Origin: Octopus sinensis
Taxonomy: Eukaryota
DNA length: 33,006 nucleotides
NCBI RefSeq assembly: GCF_006345805.1
Contig: NW_021832778.1
Location: 1 to 33,006, forward strand
Reading direction: 5' to 3'
How positions within the stretch are numbered: the stretch's first letter is position 1; every line of letters begins with the position of its first letter. The position numbers were made by a program, and so were the translations under genes. Shown piece after piece: positions 1 through 9,372 of this stretch. Below the pieces are notes generated by a model. It was not told where the DNA came from. It searched no databases and worked only from the letters and a program-made list of their open reading frames with translations.

Positions 1-195
1 TGACCGCGTGTGTATTTCTTTCTCCGTCTTCCCTTCTTTGGACTTTTTCTATATTTCTGACGAAGAGCTCCGCTCGAAACGTGAAATCCTCTTTCTTTTC
101 TTTCCTTTCCTGAGCGTCCAATAACACTGTACCATGTCCTCGCGTTGTTGTTTTTTCTTGCTTGTTCATGTTTGGATTGACTATATGTATATATA
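1..195 (+). mobile_element. Penelope-like (PLE) terminal-repeat fragment, family a, cut by window start
   Basis: Clearly similar to 13840-14040 (GAAGAGCTCCGCTCGAAACG, TTCCTGAGCGTCCAATAA, GTCCTCGCGTTGTTG); carries a hammerhead core and ends in (TA)n. PLE assignment is inferred from the minimal hammerhead. Confidence 0.55.
53..87 (+). ncRNA. Minimal type I hammerhead ribozyme motif, probably inactive (G at cleavage position)
   Basis: attt-CTGACGA-a-gagc(tcc)gctc-GAAA-cg-TG-aaat. Confidence 0.65.
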
Positions 196-199
196 TGTT

Positions 200-491
200 G
201 GGGCGAGGTCATTTAACCCTATTATCTCCCCTAATTTCGCTCTTGCGTCTCACGTTTGATCTTTGACTTCTGGCCGAAATCAGATCGCCATGTTGATACG
301 CTAGCCTCTGCACGCATTTTTTTTCTCTCCTTCTTTCTGTGTTTCTTTTCTGTGTATCTTTCTGTTGAAGAGCGTAGGCTCGAAACGTAAAAGACTTGTT
401 TTATTTTTATTCCTGAGCGCCATACTAATACAATTGTTTGTTTGTATTCCACCTGCCTTCGTCTTTTGTTTATTTTCATAAAGCTTCCCGT

Positions 492-495
<4 letters not shown>
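200..495 (+). mobile_element. PLE-like terminal-repeat fragment, family b
   Basis: Hammerhead core followed by TTCCTGAGCG as in family a; ends in (TA)n(TG)n. Confidence 0.5.
357..394 (+). ncRNA. Minimal type I hammerhead ribozyme motif with one core mismatch
   Basis: tcttt-CTGTTGA-a-gagc(gtag)gctc-GAAA-cg-TA-aaaga. Confidence 0.65.
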
Positions 496-534
<39 letters not shown>

Positions 535-1592
535 ATGTATGTATATATATATATACACACACACTTACACTCACATATGTGCAAGCGTGCGTGTATGTGT
601 GCGTGTATGCATGCGTGTATGCGTGTGCATGTGTGTATCTTAGGTCTACTATATGGGACCCTGCATCACGTGATAAGGGCTGTCACGAAATGCTGATATT
701 GCGTCAGTTAGAATTGCAATAATTATGTTCTGTAGAAATGTATTTATCTTCCTATAAATATTAATATGCAATTTCTTATTATTCATAGTAGCTATATTCT
801 GTGACAAGTTAGATTTGGTGAAGTACGATAATTTAACAGAGTACCTGTTAAAGACATTATGCCACCTGTGTTTTAGTGAAAAAATTATCGATACCTGTTA
901 TGTCCGTAGCTATATATACCCGAAAAGGAAATTGAACCTAGTTTTTTCCTCGTATGTAACTTATTCTTTGTAGTTTTATTTGCATAATTTATATCCCACT
1001 GGCCACAGAGATTTATAGCAAGCCCCTTTCTTCTGGCAGGAAGATACGGGTTTGCTGTAAGTCCATATTATTCAGGCATTGATATCACTAATAGCCTGTA
1101 GTATTACCTCCACTTTACGTGGGATCATGTTACCTTTTAATATTAATACTGCTTCTGTCGCTATAAATTGTCATAGACAAGCCCATGGAAGGAAGAAATC
1201 ACGTGACCTGGTAGCTCTGATGAGCGTAGCGGACGATGATCCCCCGAGTGCTTTTAGGTGCCACAAATCCATATCTAAAGTCCACTCACGGGTTATTTGA
1301 AACACCAGTGTCTAAACAGACGACCGTATTCTAGATATCATAGACGGTAGAATCGGCTGCTAGGTCTTTGCAGAACGTCTCTCGTTGACAGCCCGCAGAA
1401 GGGTGAAATCACATGAGCTGGTAGTTCTGACGGCCGTAGTGGTCGGTCATCACCAGTTAACAATGTAAATACAAAGGATTTTATGCACCGCGAGTCTATA
1501 TGAGACGTCCTCTCAACGTAAATAAAACAGTATTCTGTGTTCTAACACATCTACTTTAGATATATAATTATTACGGGGGAGCTTATAAATAT

Positions 1593-1633
<41 letters not shown>

Positions 1634-1901
1634 CATATACATACATACATTCAGACGCACTCACACACACATATACACTCACACATATATACATATACAT
1701 ATATACATATATATGTGTGTGTGTGTATAGCTGTGCACAGACACACATGTACACATTTAGACATATATGTACAGACACCACACACATGACACACAAGGAT
1801 AAATATACTTATCCCACGCACTGGTGCGATGTAGAGCAAATTGTTTCTGTAAATAATGTATGTATATATTATATATATACATATACCATACATATATATA
1901 T

Positions 1902-1955
<54 letters not shown>

Positions 1956-1984
1956 ATGTATATTAATGTATATGTATATTATAT

Positions 1985-2700
1985 ATACATACACACCCAT
2001 GCATACGTGCATATATATATATTTAGAGGGAGAGACAGAGAGAGCATAATATATATTACATTAACATACACTCACGCATACACACGCATACAAAATGTGT
2101 GTACGCTTGTACGTGTTTGCTCTTTATATAATGACATAGGCGCAATCAAACCTCTATGAATGATATATTTTTAGAGTACATAATCACTCTATGTGTTTTA
2201 CATGCGAGGGCGTAAATGTTTCTGATTAGTAGGTTACAAACTCTTTATGTGTGTATGTATGTATGTATGTATGTATGTATGTATGTATGTATGTATGTAT
2301 GTATGTATGTATGTATTTATGTATATATATATGTATAGTATATATTATATATATATATATATAATATATATATATATATGTATGTATATAGTATATGTAT
2401 GTATATGTATATATATATATACATACACACACATGCATACGTGCATATATATATTTAGAGGGAGAGACAGAGAGAGCATAATATATATTACATTAACATA
2501 CACTCACGCATACACACGCATACAAAATGTGTGTACGCTTGTACGTGTTTGCTCTTTATATAATGACATAGGCGCAATCAAACCTCTATGAATGATATAT
2601 TTTTAGAGTACATAATCACTCTATGTGTTTTTACATGCGAGGGCGTAAATGTTTCTGATTAGTAGGTTACAAACTCTTTATGTGTGTATGTATGTATGTA
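1985..2700. repeat. Tandem duplication, period ~432 bp, with (TATG)n/(TA)n between the unique cores
   Basis: ATTTAGAGGGAGAGAC at 2021 and 2453; ~250 bp near-identical core. Confidence 0.9.
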
Positions 2701-2933
2701 TGTATGTATGTATGTATGTATGTATGTATGTATGTATGTATGTATGTATTTATGTATGTATGTATGTATGTATGTATGTATATATATATATATATATATA
2801 TACATACATACACATATATGCACACACAAATATATATATATGTATATGTATATATATTATGTTATATATATTATTTTATATCATGTTATGTATATATTAT
2901 GCATATACATACGCACACCCAAACATATATACT

Positions 2934-2964
<31 letters not shown>

Positions 2965-3361
2965 ACAGACACATGTATACACATATGTATATATGCACAA
3001 GCATACATATGTATACACATATATATACCCAAACGCATATGTGGGTATGTATATTGAGAGAGAACAGAGATAAATATAGATAACTACATATGTAAACATA
3101 TTTATATAGATATGTGTGTGTGGGTGTTGATGCACTTATATTGTATATGTATATGCATATATGCGTGTGTGTAAATACACAAAGAAACATTCATATACGC
3201 ATATACACATACATATATTTATGTGTGGGTTTGTGTATATGTGTGTGTGATCTATGTGTATATATGTGTTTGTGTGTGTGAGTGTGTGTGTATGTGTGTG
3301 TGTTTGTGTGTGCGTGCGTGTGTGTTGACATACATGCATATATGTGTGTGTGCATGTATGA

Positions 3362-3392
<31 letters not shown>

Positions 3393-3419
3393 CTGTTCTA
3401 TATTTTAGAGATGAGGAAT

Positions 3420-3575
3420 TCTGTACATTATTTAGATTATCTACACAGGACGGATATGCGTCCTCATCTTGTTTGTTGCTACCACAATATTTCGGCTGAT
3501 TTACTCTCCAGCCTCCATCAGGTGTCCTGGTGTAATATTGAACACAACCCTGGGTTCGCATTCTTAAAGTATTTT
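3420..3575 (-). mobile_element. PLE-like terminal-repeat fragment with decayed hammerhead
   Basis: Minus strand acac-CTGATGG-aggctg(gagagtaaat)cagcc-GAAA-ta-TT-gtg at 3483-3525, flanked by microsatellites. Confidence 0.5.
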
Positions 3576-3839
3576 TTGTTGATGTTATTATTATTATTAT
3601 TCATTTAAGGCATGTTACACCCACCCACACACCCACATATATATATACAAACATACATATATGCATACATATATATGTATATATATATATATAGATATAT
3701 ATATGTATGTATGTATATATATGTATGTATGTATGCATGTATGTATGTATGCGTGTATGTATGTATGTATGTATGTACGTATGTATGTATGTATGTCACA
3801 GGACTGTAACATAGCTGCTTTCTATGTTACAGGACCGGA

Positions 3840-4528
3840 AATTCCTGCGAGACAGCTTGCTGAGTGCCATAGACCAAAGTATGTACAAAGTCCCATCCAG
3901 ACCTAGGGTAGCATGTTGGTGGAACAATCCTGTAGACACGGCTATTTAAGCAAAGAAACAGGCTTTGATGGCCTGGAAGAGTGATGGTAGCAGGAGAATG
4001 TATCAGATAACCAAAAGGGAAGCTAAGAGACAGGTATATATAGTCAAGGGAGTAGCAGAAAAGAAGTTTGCCAATGTTTAGTGACGTGAGGACCAAAGAA
4101 CTGAAGTATTTCGGATTGCAAAACACTGTGAGAGAAAACCGTGATGAAAGGAGAGAAATATGTCCGCATGGATGATGGTGCCCTTGCGTTTAATGATTCT
4201 GCAAAAAAAAAAAGGCTTGGAGATGCCATTTTGAAAGACTGCTGAATGTGGAGAATGAATGGGAGGAAGAGAGTCTGCCAAAGGTCGACCTAACTGAGGA
4301 ACCACCTACCTGAATCGACAGTACCCTGGTAGATAAAGTAATTAAGAATATGAAGACAGAGAAATCACCTGACCCACCAGGAATCACCGTTGAGAGGTTT
4401 AAAATATCAGGTGGCGTGGTTTATGGTCTTGTCACCCGCGACGTAAATCAGGTAATTCATGAAGGAATCATACCCAATGACTGGTGTAGTAGCACCATAG
4501 TCAACTGCTACAAGAGTAAAGGTGGTAT
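3840..4528 (+). mobile_element. RTE-clade LINE fragment (endonuclease-RT linker and start of RT), decayed
   Basis: Across stops and frameshifts reads WWN...AKKQAL.AWK...AKRQVY...AWRCHFERLLNVENEW...MKTEKSPDPPGITVE...IPNDWCSSTIVNCYKSKG. Confidence 0.85.
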
Positions 4529-4789
4529 CAATAATCTCTTTAAATGTTCTAACTGTGACTGAGGTTTGGCATCTAATGCTGAGGTGGGTCAGTACATGCA
4601 CTGAGGTTTAAGAATCAGCCTTGGTCTTTACAGAATATCTCTATAAAGCCAGCAGTCACTGTAAAACATCCAGACATTGACTCTTTCTTGTGATCAAGGT
4701 TGATTTTTAAACCTCAGTGCATGTACTAACCCACCCCAACATTAGATGCAAAACTTCGGCCGCAGTTTGAATATTTAAAGAGATTATTG
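4529..4789. mobile_element. MITE/foldback element with ~95-bp terminal inverted repeats
   Basis: 4529-4623 is the reverse complement of 4695-4789 with about 11 substitutions; ~70-bp spacer; truncates the RTE fragment. Confidence 0.8.
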
Positions 4790-5481
4790 TTATCTATTGG
4801 GACCCATTACATTCATATTTAAAGCCATTCTTTTCAAAATGAATATACTCATTCATTAACGCAATTTTTTCCCTGAAGGACTGTTGTGGATCTGCACACA
4901 GTTATACTATTAACCCCAATTACGGAGGATGCGAAAGCCCACAATGGAGAAACGGGCGTAGTGAACAAGTGGTATATATTGAATCTTGAGATTATCATAC
5001 TCTTTCCGATATTGTACCACGTTTATTCAATTCGACAAGAGAACTGCAACTCGTCGATTTCATCCATATTACCTAAGAAAACAATTATTATGGATAAAGT
5101 TATAAACTAGTATGAGATTAACAAGGATTAGCAAGGAGAGTGTTAATTTCTTTCCAAGGGGAACAATAGTATAAGATTGTCCAGGGCCGATGAGACTGAT
5201 GCGGTTAAAGCGTCCTCAGATTCCGCCCAAAGAGAAGAGCTTTCCGTAACTGGCAAGTGGACTGTATATATTTATTTATATACACATATATGTGTGCGTG
5301 TATTTATGTACGTGAATGTGTGAATGTACTCATATCTATATAAAGATATCTAAAGTTACGTAGTTATATCTATATTTAAATATGTATACACATACATATG
5401 CAAACACACGTACACATTTACATATATATGTAAGTATAGTCAGGGAGATAACTATATATTATATATAGAATTAACATATAT

Positions 5482-5622
5482 AAAGCCTTCGAACTGGGAC
5501 GATCAGTAGCGACACCTGCAAGTCTGACTACGCTGCATTGATAAGGGGCAACAACCCTGAAACATGTCTGTAGCTGTCTGACTGGCAGGATGAAGCGGCT
5601 GACCTCCCTTGTTCGAAGGTTT
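5482..5622 (+). ncRNA. Decayed type I hammerhead with ~55-bp extended stem I
   Basis: gctgca-TTGATAA-gggg(caacaa)ccct-GAAAC-at-GTC-tgtagc at 5532-5574; 5482-5537 pairs imperfectly with 5569-5622. Confidence 0.6.
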
Positions 5623-6458
5623 GTAATGGACGCAGGTTCGTGTGTCAAATAGCTAGCTTGAGGCGGTGGCCTCTTGGAGCTAATCAGCGACAGCTTTAGT
5701 CTTATATTTATAAGACTGCCATATTAGTATGGCGATAACTGTTAATTTCCAGTAACGCTGCCGTAATCTCTTTTAGAGAGACTTAGTAATTTTAATATTT
5801 CTATTATAACATATATAGTTATATATGTATTAGTTTTACATATATTAACATACCTTAATTTACACCTATATCTATCTATATATGTATATGTGTGTGTGTG
5901 TGTATGTGTGTGTGAGTGTGTATGTGTAAGTGTGTGTGTGTATAAGTTACATCAACCATTAGAAAGATTAGAGACACATATATTTAAATAGACAGATATG
6001 TGTATATATGTATGTATGTATTCGTGTTGGAATATAAGCACTAAAAGCATACAGGTATGTACGAGTCTATCGAGATATATATATATCAACGATTAATGTC
6101 TTACAATCGCATCAACTTGCACCATTAGCAATATCACTAGACAGGAATTGGTGATCAGACACCAATTGCTTGTTTAATTACTGGAGCGTGACAATAGCTT
6201 CGGAGGAACGACACTGGCATATTTATATTTAGATCAAACAACATAACATATGGATATGTCCGTGTTTCTGTTTGCAGATATAAAAAAATAAATGTGTCTG
6301 TGTGGCGGGGGTGTTTAGCTATGGAAACACATACGCAAACATATACGTTTATTACTCCTATCATGATTAAATATAATTGCACACACATGAGGTAAAACAC
6401 ACATATGCATGCAAACTACACATACACACACATACTAGTATATGTATATATATATATA

Positions 6459-6505
<47 letters not shown>

Positions 6506-6519
6506 ATATATATATATAT

Positions 6520-6782
6520 ATATAACTTAGATAAACTTAGATATGTTTCGACCAAAGATTGGTCGGCCATGTCTAACTTAATAGCACCACCTGATAGGAT
6601 TATTTGAATCCTGTTTAAGCCAAGTTTTGTTTATGGTCCATTCAAGTAGTGAGTTTTTGTTGGGTGAGTTGTATCCAGTTATGGGTGGCTTATCTGGTAT
6701 TCCTTGAAGGAATCTATCCAGACTCCGTTTAAAGTTGATGGGATCCTTTTCCTCTTTGAACTCTTTCGGGACAATGTTAAAT
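6520..6782 (-). mobile_element. CR1/L2-type LINE 3' end (ORF2 C-terminus and 3' UTR)
   Basis: Minus translation FNIVPKEFKEEKDPINFKRSLDRFLQGIPDKPPITGYNSPNKNSLLEW matches the FN.LP...FK..LD.FL..IPD.P...NSL pattern; 3' hairpin gacca/tggtc. Confidence 0.7.
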
Positions 6783-6989
6783 GTATGTATGTATGTACGT
6801 ATATGTATGTATATAAATACTCATACATCTACCCACATTAGGACCTGGATAACTTGCAGCACCGAGAGGAAACCGAGCGATTAGAAGGTGAAGTAATTAT
6901 AAAATTAACGTACATTATTTAGCGACATTATTTACATTTAACTCCGTAATGACTATCTCGTGAATGTATATACTTATATAATATATATA

Positions 6990-7075
<86 letters not shown>

Positions 7076-7549
7076 ATATTATATTATATATATATACTAT
7101 ACTTATTGCTTAGTATTACTTAAATTTTCCTCGAATGAGGCTTTTACATGCCGAAGACTACTTGGTGTAATTGATAATTATTCCAAATTAATTAATTTCA
7201 CCCTTCATTATATATATATATATATATATATACTCTTTTACTCTTTTACTCTTTTACATATATATACTTACATACATACAAACACATACACACATACGCG
7301 CACGCACACACTCACACACAATCACACAAGCATATATATATATACATATAAGTCACAATATATGGATTCAACTAATTCAGTGATACTCCAAAAAGAAAAA
7401 AAAAGCTCCTTAATGTATCATTCTACAAAACATGTAGAATATATAGTATGATATATGAGGAAAGCATATGGAATGCATAAAATTGTAACAAGGGAAATAT
7501 ACTATGACAATATTTATTTAACCATTGGAAATTCTTATTTGACGGCCAT

Positions 7550-7961
7550 TATTCTTTTACTCTTTTACTTGTTTCAGTCCTTTGACTGCGGCCATGCTGG
7601 AGCACCGCCTTTAGTCGAGCAAATCGACCCCGGGACTTATTCTTTGTAAGCCCAGTACTTATTATATCTGTCTCTTTTGCCGAACCGCTAGGTGACGGCG
7701 ACGTAAACACAACAGCATCGGTTGTCAAGCAATGCTAGGGGGACAAACACAGACACACAAACATGCACACACACACACATATATATATACATATATACGA
7801 CAGGATTCTTTCAGTTTCCGTCTACCAAATCCACTCACAAGGCTTTGGTGGGCCCGAGGCTATAGTAGAAGACACTTGCCCAAGATGGCACGCAGTGGGA
7901 CTGAACCCGAAACCATGTGGTTGGTTAGCAAGCTACTTACCACACAGCCACTCCTGCGCCT
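7550..7961 (-). mobile_element. tRNA-derived SINE, family 1
   Basis: Head AGGCGCAGGAGTGGCTGTGTGGT with A and B boxes, internal (CA)/(TA) tract, (AAAAGAGT)n tail; six homologous copies in window. Confidence 0.92.
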
Positions 7962-8178
7962 ATACCATTGTATAGATAATTTTATTTCATTATATTTTAT
8001 AAGTAATAAATTACTTACCTGTCTGCAGTGCTATATATACAATCTTTAAATAGAATTAGATATTAAGTTAGCTCTTTAGATTAAAAAAAATCTGTTAAAA
8101 AATAATTCTTCCACATAAAGTTTCAAGGACGCAGATTCAATTAAAATATTGACATTGCGTACTTGAAACGTTGAGAGA

Positions 8179-8569
8179 TCTTTATATATAAAAGTGAGGT
8201 AGTGTGCTGTCTGTCTCCTACGATTTAGATTCCTAACTACTCCCACATTTTGCGGTGCAGTTTAACCAAAACCGGGTATCTTATAGTTGTGATTCATATC
8301 GAGCCCTTCTGGGTATTAGCGCGCGTCTACGATGAGTCTACGATTTAAAAAAAAAATTACCATCAATTTTTCCCATTTTTAATGCATTTTTGGCATATAT
8401 AAGGGAAGTAACTCTCTAAAAATTTATTAATCTCAGAACGTAAAAAGCTACAGTAACCCCATCCTTTGTGGTTAACCATATTGAGATGGCTATTATACTT
8501 TACATCTCTAAAAATGTTTGTATAGTTATTTCCCTTACAAACCCGAGCAACGCCGGGCGATACTGCTAG
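8179..8569 (+). mobile_element. Non-autonomous Helitron
   Basis: A|TC 5' end (TCTTTATATATAAAA), 3' hairpin CCCG-agcaacgc-CGGG, CTAG|T terminus, no TSD. Confidence 0.8.
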
Positions 8570-8990
8570 TTATCTATACATGTTTATTAAGCTACGAAAC
8601 AATTGTCATTAAATAAGAGTTACTAGTGGTTAAATTTTGTCATAGCATATTTCTCTCGTTGTGTGTGTATGTGTGTGCGTGTGTGCGTGTGTGTGTATGT
8701 GTGTGCGTGTGTGTGTTGTTAACGTAAATATGATAGCAACGACGATTCCTCTATTTCGCGCTTCACAACTTTAATTATCATTCATATTCCCAGTTTATAA
8801 GGAACAAAACACACGTGCAACTATAACAAACCAATTTATATTACCCATGTAAGCCCCTCTTTCCAGACGTTCAGTTCTATCCCAGTAGTTCAAGTTATCA
8901 TTGTTTTTCGTTGTCTTAATCTAGATACGCGTGTATGAACATGTATAAATATGACTGTGTGGATGTAAATACATATTGTAAATAATACCA

Positions 8991-9056
<66 letters not shown>

Positions 9057-9060
<4 letters not shown>

Positions 9061-9294
9061 CGCATATTTGCCATTTGAATATGGCTCACCCATAAGGGTG
9101 ATGCTACTGTAGTTTGTAGCCCCAGGAAGATATCTCCTCCGGCTGGCTATAGACACACTACCTGTGTCGTCTCATGTATTTGTGAGGACACAGGTAGTGT
9201 GTCTATAGCCAGCCGAGAGATATCTTCCTGGGGCTACAAACTACAGTAGCATCCACCCTTATGGGTGAGCCATATTCAATGGCATATGCGACAC
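9057..9294. repeat. Near-perfect 238-bp palindrome (foldback)
   Basis: Arms of ~110 bp that differ mainly by 1-2 nt indels; centre ctca-tgtatttg-tgag. Confidence 0.92.
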
Positions 9295-9372
9295 GATGTG
9301 TGTTTACCGCTACTGTTTATAACTCGCTCTGAGATTTATCATTGTTATATATTATATATATATATATATATA

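Noticed and set aside
1040-1056. Possible 17-nt micro-exon (pyrimidine tract-CAG ... GTAAGT)
   Set aside because: Splice-like words are common by chance; no partner exons or homology.
231-3812. Many 60-140-aa ORFs rich in Y/I/C/V/M/H/T (also at 6367-8049, 13068-14168 and 17183-18162)
   Set aside because: Translations of (TA)n, (CA)n, (TATG)n tracts and SINEs; no protein features.
4886-5260. 74-aa ORF and a protein-like alternative frame
   Set aside because: Multiple stops and no recognisable motif.
7130-7160. CTCGAATGAGGC...GCCGAAGAC hammerhead-like string
   Set aside because: Needs insertions in both core segments and has no stem I.
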